Below are positions 8,577-15,755 of a stretch of 15,755 nt of DNA, one piece after another (the first letter of the stretch is position 1; each line of letters opens with the position of its first letter). The notes beneath the pieces were generated by a model. That model had not been told where the DNA came from, did not search any database, and worked only from the letters and a program-made list of their open reading frames with translations. The translations under genes were made by a program, and so were the position numbers. This stretch comes from a virus (taxonomy: Duplodnaviria > Heunggongvirae > Uroviricota > Caudoviricetes): positions 1-15,755 of the IMG/VR virus record IMGVR_UViG_2667527582_000008; one strand, given 5' to 3'.

Positions 8577-9176
8577 TAGGTAATCCTTTTCTGTTTGTTA
8601 TTTCCTTCCCGTGGTTATCTATTGCTTTAAAATTACCACTGGGCGTACCTAAATAAAATGACTTGATATTGTTATCTTTACTTTTAACTATTTTCTCATC
8701 TTTACCTGAAAATATTTCGTCCCAATATTCTCCATGACTATCTGCACCATGAGTATGATAAGCTGATACTTTCTCAGTACCATTAGGGCAAGGGCTATTG
8801 AATGGATATGATCCTTTTCTTTCTCCTCGGTTAGGTGCTGTTGAGAAATATCTGCCACTATTATCCTTACATATTAAACCAGCGAACTCTTTATCTTCGC
8901 AAATAGATTGGCTATTTATTTTATTTAAGGCGTCATATGCGGTGCTATCTATAGAATCAAATTTATCTGGACCTATCATAGCGGATAGTGTGCCGCAAAG
9001 ACCATTAGTACATGCCCCCGATTTTGCATCCTCCCACATAGATAAACCCAGGGGGTCGATGTCTGATATCGGATTCAATTGATATCCATACAGGTTCCAT
9101 CCCCCCTTCAGTCCAATCGGATCCTGAGTGATATATCGCCCCTGCAGCGGGTCATAATAGCGGTGGCGGTTGTAAT
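8548..9176 (-). CDS. Rhs C-terminal fragment: end of the conserved core plus a variable toxin domain of unrecognised family; 5' cut by gap
   Basis: Translation [44 protein letters not shown] is the conserved Rhs core end (DPxGL boundary); it is followed by ~165 aa of AT-rich, Cys-containing variable sequence ending at TAA 8548. Confidence 0.8.
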
Positions 9177-9186
9177 NNNNNNNNNN
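9177..9186. other. Assembly gap (10 N)
   Basis: Run of n inside the conserved Rhs core. Confidence 0.95.
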
Positions 9187-9187
9187 A

Positions 9188-9430
9188 TATTTGCCCGAGT
9201 ATAAATGCTCCGATATCTCTACGGATATAATTTTTGTCAGTGCAGAATTCAATTGCCAATCTAACAGCGTCTTGCCCCCCTCTTAACTGTAATACTCTGG
9301 CAGATGAAATCCTTTTCAAGGAATTGCGATCATCAAGTAAGCGAAATAATTCATCATCATTTAGTTTCTTACATTTATTATATAAACCATACTCTTTACT
9401 TGCCTTTCTTTTCTGGTATGTATTTGACAT
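9188..9430 (-). CDS. Putative Rhs immunity protein for the toxin at 9451-9935; 3' end cut by gap
   Basis: ATG at 9430-9428 with GGAGG 8 nt upstream, 21 nt after the toxin stop. Translation MSNTYQKRKASKEYGLYNKCKKLNDDELFRLLDDRNSLKRISSARVLQLRGGQDAVRLAIEF... looks like a helical (HEAT-like) repeat. Confidence 0.5.
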
Positions 9431-9448
9431 TGCAGGAACCTCCACAAG

Positions 9449-9482
9449 GGCTATCTTTTTTTATCGTTTGACTGTCTGGAGT
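9449..9482. repeat. 34-bp repeat, copy 2 (33/34 identical to 8107-8140)
   Basis: GGCTATCTTTTTTTATCGTTTGACTGTCTGGAGT; here it forms the last codons and stop of Rhs toxin 2. Confidence 0.8.
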
Positions 9483-9935
9483 GACGACAATTCCAGGCTT
9501 TCTGTGTGCTTTTTGCATCTTTAGCACTAATATCACCACAATCAATTAGTTCCTGAAGTACGTCACATCTGTCGGGTTTTTTCCCATCACTCCAGAATCT
9601 GTCATTTATTATGTCATTGACACGATCAGTTATCCCTGTGTCTGCAACATTTCCACGAGAAGCTATCATTGTTATATCTAATGCTAGTCCCGGATTATTC
9701 AATATTAGAGAGTCAAATATTCTTTGTGATGCTGTATCGTTCCACCATTTTGTCAATGCTTTTGCAGCATTATCATCTGCTTGCTGCTGTGCAGGGCTTT
9801 TGGGCCATGGAATTGGCAAGGGGAATGGTCTAGGAAAAACTTCTAACCCCAGAGGATCTGTATTCGTAACTGGATTCAACGGATACTGATAAAAATTCCA
9901 TCCCCCCTTCAGCCCAATCGGATCCTGAGTGATAT
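9451..9935 (-). CDS. Rhs C-terminal fragment: end of the conserved core plus a second, different variable toxin domain; 5' cut by gap
   Basis: Upstream codons read [30 protein letters not shown] (Rhs core end with DPxGL), followed by ~130 aa of variable sequence ending ...SRQSNDKKR. Confidence 0.8.
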
Positions 9936-9945
9936 NNNNNNNNNN
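9936..9945. other. Assembly gap (10 N)
   Basis: Run of n between the Rhs core and the truncated cbeA-like gene. Confidence 0.95.
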
Positions 9946-10594
<649 letters not shown>

Positions 10595-10659
10595 ACATTG
10601 CGTACAACCTTCCCGATTTACATTTCTGAACTTCCTCCCTTGTTTACCTATTGCGTAAT

Positions 10660-10695
10660 GCGCCTGCTACTACCCGGCAGGCGCGTTATCTTTTT
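10660..10695 (+). terminator. Rho-independent terminator after the cbtA-like gene
   Basis: GCGCCTGC-(9-nt loop)-GCAGGCGC perfect 8-bp stem followed by GTTATCTTTTT. Confidence 0.6.
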
Positions 10696-11342
10696 ACGGA
10701 CAAACAATCATGCAACCAGAAGTTGAAGTATTAACCGATCATAATGAGCTAATTTGTTCGAGCTTTATTGAACACATTGCCAACACATTAAATTTAGGAG
10801 TGGTGTACAACTAAACCTGCAGCCAAGGATGTATAGTGAGCGAAGCCCTATCAGGCCTTTTTGGTCAGTAGATAAGATTGATCTTCGTTGATAGAATTTA
10901 CTTACACCAGCTGTTACATTAAGATAATTTTTTGGTGGGAGAATGATAAGATCTTACGTAACAATTTGATTTTAATGGTGCGATAATAGGAACAAATAAA
11001 CCAACTTAACTCGTTGTTTTGCAAAAATTTATTCTTATCGGCAAATAATCCTATACACATGGCTATACACATTGGCGGGAGCGTTCAAAACTCGTCCACC
11101 TCATCGCACAACAAAATACTTTTTCTTAAGAAAAGCGTACATACTATTCACCATCATATTTTTATATGAAATATCAATATGATAGAAGTTAACCGTTAAG
11201 TGAAGAGTGAACAGCAAACCCTACATTTGATCTTAGACCATAATAAAACCCAGCATTCGCCGGGTTGGTGGTCCACTCGCATTAAATTTATGATAGGTCA
11301 AAACTATCTTTTCCTAAATTTTAACCTATTCCAAAAGAACAG

Positions 11343-11361
11343 GGCTGTGAAGTTAGCCCCA
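11343..11361 (-). terminator. Possible terminator hairpin after the standalone SIR2-like gene
   Basis: Minus strand GGGGCT-AACTTCAC-AGCCC followed by a T-rich tract (TGTTCTTTTGG), about 20 nt after the stop at 11379; stem is short. Confidence 0.35.
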
Positions 11362-11378
11362 TCCTTAACCTATTAAAT

Positions 11379-12476
11379 TTATTCAAGATATAAGGATTGC
11401 TCAATGAACTGACTGGCACCACATAAATGAACTTTAACCTCACGCTCACCAAAAAACGCCTGCCAATATTTTTTTATATCCTTTTCTTTTTCTTTATCTC
11501 TTTCATATGTTACGACTTCAATTTTAACACTTCGTTTAATCATTCGAGATAAAAGTTGTCTCATTTCAAAATCGGCATTCGGCAACGAATAACCTATGAA
11601 GATTATTTTGTCAGCTTCAGATAATTCAATACCAGCGTTCTGCCAAATTATTTTGTATTGAGGATTTGATAGATCCTTTAGAAAGGTAGGCATAATAAGA
11701 TTTGATATCAGTCTATTCTCTTTATTTACTGCGTCATGATTTTTATCACAATGCCTACATGTTGCCCCTCTCGCAACCCCTATTTTTTTATTAAACCCGA
11801 CATAAAGGCGCATGCATCGCGAACATTGTAGCCAGTTAAGTGAACCATGAATCTTCAGCAGTTTCACATTAAAACCACCTGCTCCTAACATTTCTAGACC
11901 CGGCTTTACCGTTTCGTCCCTTTCTTCTAAGGAGCTTATATAACAGCAATAATCAACAACTGCACGTCCGTGGTAGTTCCTTTGGATATAATCATACAAT
12001 GAATTATCTAGTAGAATATCCCAGTTGGTACTAATAACGCTTACAGAATCATGCTGTCTATAATTACCACCCAGCCTCTCGCTACATTTCCTCACTAAAT
12101 ACTCAGCAAAGTGGTCAATATATTCCTTACTATTCCCTTTTCTTTCCAAGATCCTCCTAATGGCCAAACCAATGATATTAAAAACAGCATCCCTTGTCTT
12201 TGTCATTTGCTCAATAGACAGACCTCTAAACTGGATATTATCCGCCAAGCACCGGTCTAAAGGAGTGAACATATCTTCAATCTGAACATCTTTAAATTGC
12301 TCACGTTTATAATATAATTGTTCAGTAAGTAAGTTTTCAAAAAGCTGAAAATCTGAACCATTAAAATAGTTTGAATTCTCTTGGTGTATTTTAAATATCT
12401 CACCCATTATTTCCGCCTGCATAGGCGCGCCAGCTTCTTTTGAAAATCCAGCGCCAAGCACAAATACAGTTTTCAT
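11379..12476 (-). CDS. Standalone SIR2-like (sirtuin-fold) protein with Cys4 zinc ribbon; candidate single-gene NAD-depleting defense effector
   Basis: ATG at 12476 with AAGAGG 6 nt upstream (track's TTG at 12482 not preferred). Translation has VFVLGAGFS at residues 5-13, VISTNWD, and KIHGSLNW followed by CSRC-(18 aa)-CRHC, the sirtuin-type zinc ribbon placement. No N- or C-terminal extra domain (365 aa). AT-rich, with terminator-like hairpins on both sides and a candidate promoter. Confidence 0.75.
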   Translation of the reverse strand: MKTVFVLGAGFSKEAGAPMQAEIMGEIFKIHQENSNYFNGSDFQLFENLLTEQLYYKREQFKDVQIEDMFTPLDRCLADNIQFRGLSIEQMTKTRDAVFNIIGLAIRRILERKGNSKEYIDHFAEYLVRKCSERLGGNYRQHDSVSVISTNWDILLDNSLYDYIQRNYHGRAVVDYCCYISSLEERDETVKPGLEMLGAGGFNVKLLKIHGSLNWLQCSRCMRLYVGFNKKIGVARGATCRHCDKNHDAVNKENRLISNLIMPTFLKDLSNPQYKIIWQNAGIELSEADKIIFIGYSLPNADFEMRQLLSRMIKRSVKIEVVTYERDKEKEKDIKKYWQAFFGEREVKVHLCGASQFIEQSLYLE

Positions 12477-12490
12477 CCACAACCTCTTAA

Positions 12491-12530
12491 ATTATATTCT
12501 GCGGTAAGATATTTGAAGATTAGCTTATTC
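12491..12530 (-). promoter_or_regulatory. Candidate sigma70-type promoter for the SIR2-like gene
   Basis: Minus strand shows TATAAT (plus 12491-12496) about 15 nt upstream of the ATG, with a weak TTCAAA -35-like hexamer about 15-17 nt further upstream; lies just after the primase terminator. Confidence 0.35.
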
Positions 12531-12541
12531 ATATGTCAAGA

Positions 12542-12566
12542 AAAAACCGGCTTCCACCGGTTTAAA
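12542..12566 (-). terminator. Terminator-like hairpin after the primase C-terminal fragment
   Basis: Minus strand AACCGG-TGGAAG-CCGGTT (6-bp stem) followed by TTTTT, immediately after the stop at 12570. Confidence 0.4.
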
Positions 12567-12569
12567 AAC

Positions 12570-12886
12570 CTATTTTGTGATTTCGAGACTGCACTTCGGT
12601 AGCCAGTCAGCATTGCATTCTTCTCTAAGTGCCAGATTGGTCTGCATTCCCTGATTGGTCCGCCGCTTCTCGTACTGCAGCCCATACTCTTTCAGCATTA
12701 ACGGCAGCCCCTTGCCAAACATGGTCAGACTGAGCGTATTTTTATAGCCGTTGGCTTCCATGTAGACCAGATAGGCATGGTAAAGGTATGTACGTGGCTG
12801 GCGCGGGACAATATTGGCGTTCCCCATAAACATGCCGTTGGTGTCGGGTAATGCCTCAAGATAGCCACAAAAATCAAATGCTGGAT
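12570..12886 (-). CDS. C-terminal fragment of a P4-family (alpha-like / D5-like) primase-helicase; 5' cut by gap
   Basis: Translation ...PRQPRTYLYHAYLVYMEANGYKNTLSLTMFGKGLPLMLKEYGLQYEKRRTNQG... shows the aromatic-rich ...Y..Y.....NG......S...F...L...G pattern typical of the C-terminal domain of P4-type primases; stop TAG at 12570. Confidence 0.55.
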
Positions 12887-12896
12887 NNNNNNNNNN
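12887..12896. other. Assembly gap (10 N)
   Basis: Run of n; the track ORF 12570-13190 that spans it fuses two unrelated proteins and is an artefact. Confidence 0.95.
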
Positions 12897-13190
12897 ACCA
12901 CCCTGTTGCAGCAGGATCAGCCACGGACTCTGCCCGCCTGCAAGCTGCGTGGCCACGTCGGTGAACTGCGCAGGCAGCATACGCATGGCGGCTTTATACT
13001 GCCCGACGGAAATCCCCGCTTTCTGTGCAGCCAGCGCCTGCCGGCTCATCGACTGTTCAACGACTGCCGCTGTTTTTTTCGCATCACTTTCCGTACCGGA
13101 AAAATGACGCCTGACTCTGGCCATCTGCTCGTCAAATCTGGCCGCATCCAGACTCAAATCAACGACCAGATCGCCTACCGGTTCAGCCAT
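12897..13190 (-). CDS. H: Tail tape measure protein, N-terminal 98 codons only (cut by gap)
   Basis: MAEPVGDLVVDLSLDAARFDEQMARVRRHFSGTESDAKKTAAVVEQS...QFTDVATQLAGGQSPWLILLQQGG matches the lambda gpH N-terminus as recalled; ATG at 13190. Confidence 0.9.
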
Positions 13191-13620
13191 ACCGGACTCC
13201 TCCTGCGATCCCTTCTGATACTGTCATCAGCATTACGTCATCCTCCGTCATGTCCGCCACATCCGGGGAAGCGGGGATAACTTCATTCCCGTCCGGGCCA
13301 AAACGAACGCCTCCGGCAAGCCCTGCCGCTTTCTGCATCAGCACATCATCTTCAGGCTCTTCGTCAGCCTCACGCCGGTTCAGCAGACTGAAATCCAGCG
13401 GATGCATCTCCGGATCGCTGAAAAACAGGCTGAGCACGGTGTACGTCAGCCCGGAAAAGTGCATATCCAGCAGAACATCATGAAAATAATGGGTACTGTA
13501 AAAGCGGTGCCAGTCGGCATACTCCGTGGATGACATCCCGGCAAGCATGGCACGCCAGTCGGGTCGCCCCATCTCACGCGCCAGTTTCAGGGCAAAACTC
13601 AGCTCACCGTCGAACACTTT
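13183..13620 (-). CDS. T: Tail assembly chaperone T segment, expressed as a G-T fusion by -1 programmed frameshift
   Basis: ORF in the -1 frame relative to G, opening at the slippery site and ending overlapping the H start; translation ends ...MFDGELSFALKLAREMG..., lambda T-like. Confidence 0.8.
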   Translation of the reverse strand, partial: KVFDGELSFALKLAREMGRPDWRAMLAGMSSTEYADWHRFYSTHYFHDVLLDMHFSGLTYTVLSLFFSDPEMHPLDFSLLNRREADEEPEDDVLMQKAAGLAGGVRFGPDGNEVIPASPDVADMTEDDVMLMTVSEGIAGGVRYG

Positions 13621-14021
13621 CCCGCAGAAACAGGCTCTGCAGGCCCGGCGTCCTCTGCCTGTTCAGGAGCATCATTCACCACAAACTCATACATACCGGA
13701 CAGCCGGTACACCACGTTTTCAGCATGAGAAATTGCCTCTGTGGGCCAGGTGGTAAGCACTTCCTGCTCAATCTGTTTAACGGCTTCATTCATGGACGGC
13801 ATCTGCGTCTTCTGCGGATGGTTATGCCACAGGGACATCGCCACCAGAAACGCGCCGGTTCTGATGGCGTCTTCCACAGTAAACTTCCGGTTGCTGTCTG
13901 ACTCCGCCTGTTCTGCCTGCCGTTTCATCAGGGCGAGATGCTCAATACGCTGCAGGGCTGACAGTTCAGAAAGCGTGACGGTCACGCCGTTATGTTCAAA
14001 TGATTCGGTTTTCAGGAACAT
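13599..14021 (-). CDS. G: Tail assembly chaperone G
   Basis: 140-aa protein MFLKTESFEHNGVTVTLSELSALQRIEHLALMKRQAEQAES..., near-identical to lambda gpG as recalled. Confidence 0.9.
   Translation of the reverse strand: MFLKTESFEHNGVTVTLSELSALQRIEHLALMKRQAEQAESDSNRKFTVEDAIRTGAFLVAMSLWHNHPQKTQMPSMNEAVKQIEQEVLTTWPTEAISHAENVVYRLSGMYEFVVNDAPEQAEDAGPAEPVSAGKCSTVS
13617..13623 (-). promoter_or_regulatory. Programmed -1 ribosomal frameshift slippery heptamer GGGAAAG (G to G-T)
   Basis: Minus strand reads G GGA AAG about 16 nt upstream of the G stop codon; the T frame opens exactly here. Confidence 0.75.
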
Positions 14022-14036
14022 CGCTGACTCTCCGGA

Positions 14037-14777
14037 TTAACTGTCGGTGACAGTGATTTCTGCAACCGCAGCAAGTTCACCATTACCGGATACAACCGGA
14101 ATGTTGACCTTACCTGCAGCAACGCCTTTCACGGTGATGGTTATACCACTGACCGACACGGTGGCTTTTGTTTTATCCGCTGACACCGCACGGAAGCTCT
14201 TGTCAGTTGCGCCCTCCGGCTGGAATGCCACGGTCAGCGTGGTGCTCTGCCCTTTCACCACCGAGGAGCTGGCAGGCGTCACGGTCATACCGGTTGCCGC
14301 CGTCACCGTACTGCGATCTTCTGCCATTGACGGACGGCCCACATTGGTGACCTTCACCGTACGGGTGATCACTTCCTTCGCCGTCACCGCCTTACCGATA
14401 CTGCTGACCCAGCCACGGAACACATCGACCGTGCCGTTCGGGAAGCGGATTTTATAGGCACGGGTATCACCTTCATTAAACCACGCCAGCAGCGCCTGCT
14501 GCCCCTGCTCTCCGGGCATCCACGCCAGCGTGAAGCTGGTATCTCCGGCGGATTTCTGCCCCTGCCCGGTCGCGGTCCAGTCCGCATCTTCATCATCGAG
14601 ATAACTGTCGTCATAGGACTCAGCGGTCAGTTCGCCGGGCGTCAGGTCTTTAACTTTTGCCAGACGCGACCAGTCAACGTCTGAAAGCGGGTTCGCATAA
14701 GGGTCACCGCTCCCCTTATAAACCCACAGGGTGGTCCCGGCACCTTTCACCGGCATTGTAGGATTTGGTACAGGCAT
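14037..14777 (-). CDS. V: Major tail tube protein V
   Basis: 246-aa protein from ATG at 14777: [45 protein letters not shown]..., lambda gpV-like including the C-terminal Ig-like region. Confidence 0.9.
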   Translation of the reverse strand: MPVPNPTMPVKGAGTTLWVYKGSGDPYANPLSDVDWSRLAKVKDLTPGELTAESYDDSYLDDEDADWTATGQGQKSAGDTSFTLAWMPGEQGQQALLAWFNEGDTRAYKIRFPNGTVDVFRGWVSSIGKAVTAKEVITRTVKVTNVGRPSMAEDRSTVTAATGMTVTPASSSVVKGQSTTLTVAFQPEGATDKSFRAVSADKTKATVSVSGITITVKGVAAGKVNIPVVSGNGELAAVAEITVTDS

Positions 14778-14784
14778 AGCGTCC

Positions 14785-15180
14785 TCACATTTCATAGGTA
14801 ATGACATAAGTCAGATCGGCTGAACTCCACAGGCCCGCATCATCGTCGCGCCGGTAGTCATAGCCACTGGCCACCATACTGGTGATCAAATCTGACAGTG
14901 CCGGGATATCGCTCATCACCGGATAAATCCGGGACTCCATCCACGCATCCAGCTCTGAATCCGGCACCTGAGCAGGCAGGAAAACTTCGATATGCAGCTC
15001 CGCCTGCCAGGTATCGCTGTCCAGCTCTTCGCCCGTGTATTCAGCGCCGGTGAGATAAACGGCAATTGCCGGAAAATCTTCCTCATCAAAAACAGCGGGG
15101 CGACCATCAAAAAGCGTCGCCCCGGTGTCATGCTTCTCCAGTGCATCCAGTACGGCTGCACGGAGTTCAGTATGTTTCAT
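14785..15180 (-). CDS. U: Tail terminator protein U
   Basis: 131-aa protein [52 protein letters not shown]..., lambda gpU-like. Confidence 0.9.
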   Translation of the reverse strand: MKHTELRAAVLDALEKHDTGATLFDGRPAVFDEEDFPAIAVYLTGAEYTGEELDSDTWQAELHIEVFLPAQVPDSELDAWMESRIYPVMSDIPALSDLITSMVASGYDYRRDDDAGLWSSADLTYVITYEM

Positions 15181-15755
15181 CGCTTTATTACCATCCTCAG
15201 TTGATGCTGCAGCGCATAGCCCAGCTCTTTCGGAAGACGCTCACGCCGTATCCGCTCAATATTCTGTTTAAACGCCGTGGTCAGCGGCACCGCCATCGGG
15301 ATTTTCACCACATCAATGGGGTAACGGTTTTTCCCGGCCACACGCTGCATGACATGCCAGCGGCCATTTTTCAGTTGCTGAATAAACGCGCCGGGAATAC
15401 GACGGTTTCCCACCACAAGCACGCTGCCGCCACCTTTCAGGGCTGAACGCTGCCCCTTTTTACGACGCCTGCGTCGGGACAGGACAATCCGCGCGTTACC
15501 CAGCTTTATTACGGGCAAATCCCCCCGGTTAACCCTGATTCTGGCCTGCGGATTTTTGACCGTGGCCCTTTTCAGCCTGGCCCTTTCCTTTACCAGTTTC
15601 CGGCGTACCTTTGTCTCACGGGCAACCTGTGACGCCGACTGCGATATCGCGGATGAAGCAACGCGGTTAATGGCCATTGCGGCGGCACCGGGCACCGCCG
15701 TTCTGCTGATACGGCTGAGGTTTTCAACGGCCTGCTCAAGACCTTTTATGACCAT
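15177..15755 (-). CDS. Z: Tail completion protein Z
   Basis: 192-aa protein M(V/A)IKGLEQAVENLSRISRTAVPGAAAMAINRVASSA..., lambda gpZ-like; start codon lies at the window edge and the stop overlaps the U start. Confidence 0.9.
   Translation of the reverse strand: MVIKGLEQAVENLSRISRTAVPGAAAMAINRVASSAISQSASQVARETKVRRKLVKERARLKRATVKNPQARIRVNRGDLPVIKLGNARIVLSRRRRRKKGQRSALKGGGSVLVVGNRRIPGAFIQQLKNGRWHVMQRVAGKNRYPIDVVKIPMAVPLTTAFKQNIERIRRERLPKELGYALQHQLRMVIKR

Larger units (their letters stand above)
12897..15755. mobile_element. Lambda-like prophage tail module (Z-U-V-G-T-H order), cut by gap on the left and by the window edge on the right
   Basis: Six consecutive minus-strand genes whose products closely match lambda Z, U, V, G, T and the N-terminus of H as recalled; GC-rich compared with the cargo regions. 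Confidence 0.9.

Noticed and set aside
9152-9445. Track ORF for immunity protein 2 extending across the gap to 9152, and Rhs toxin 1 ORF extending across it to 9252
   Set aside because: Both extensions cross the 10-N gap; real sequence support ends at 9188 and 9176 respectively.
7146-9935. CRISPR array, considered because of the short direct repeats
   Set aside because: The repeats are 8-10 bp iteron-like motifs and one pair of 34-mers; there are no regularly spaced 28-37 bp repeats with unique spacers and no cas genes.
12570-13190. Single 206-codon ORF spanning the gap at 12887-12896
   Set aside because: The frame continuity passes through 10 N; the two halves are unrelated proteins (primase C-terminus and tape-measure N-terminus) from different contigs.
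12906-15446. Multiple plus-strand ORFs of 60-136 codons overlapping the lambda tail genes (for example 13530-13901, 14047-14457, 15066-15446)
   Set aside because: They are antisense to well-supported Z/U/V/G/T/H genes in GC-rich DNA where long stop-free antisense frames arise by chance; none has a convincing RBS or a recognisable product.

Overview
This window is a scaffold, not one contiguous locus: four runs of exactly 10 N (8093-8102, 9177-9186, 9936-9945, 12887-12896) cut it into five blocks, and adjacency across them is unproven. All calls are from reading the sequence and the supplied ORF track; no searches were run. Block 1 (1-8092) is a P4-like phage satellite: a P4-type integrase, then an AT-rich two-gene SIR2 + HerA-like ATPase cassette (a recognisable SIR2-HerA anti-phage system in the int-to-psu cargo position), a GC-rich cos-like spot, a minus-strand late operon (Sid-like, Psu-like, Ogr/Delta zinc finger, second Sid-like paralog), an ORF-free region with iteron-like repeats, and the start of an AlpA-like regulator. 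Blocks 2-3 (8103-9935) hold two Rhs C-terminal toxin + immunity cassettes, each cut inside the conserved Rhs core. Block 4 (9946-12886) holds a CbeA/CbtA-family toxin-antitoxin pair, a 780-bp ORF-free spacer, a standalone AT-rich SIR2-like gene with a sirtuin-type Cys4 zinc ribbon, and the C-terminus of a P4-family primase. Block 5 (12897-15755) is a lambda-like tail module (Z, U, V, G, G-T frameshift, N-terminus of H). The best candidate for something undescribed is the standalone SIR2-like gene at 11379-12476; SIR2-HerA is a known system type, and the Rhs toxin domains are of unrecognised family. Host is most likely Escherichia coli or a close relative (inference from the lambda- and P4-like gene content).
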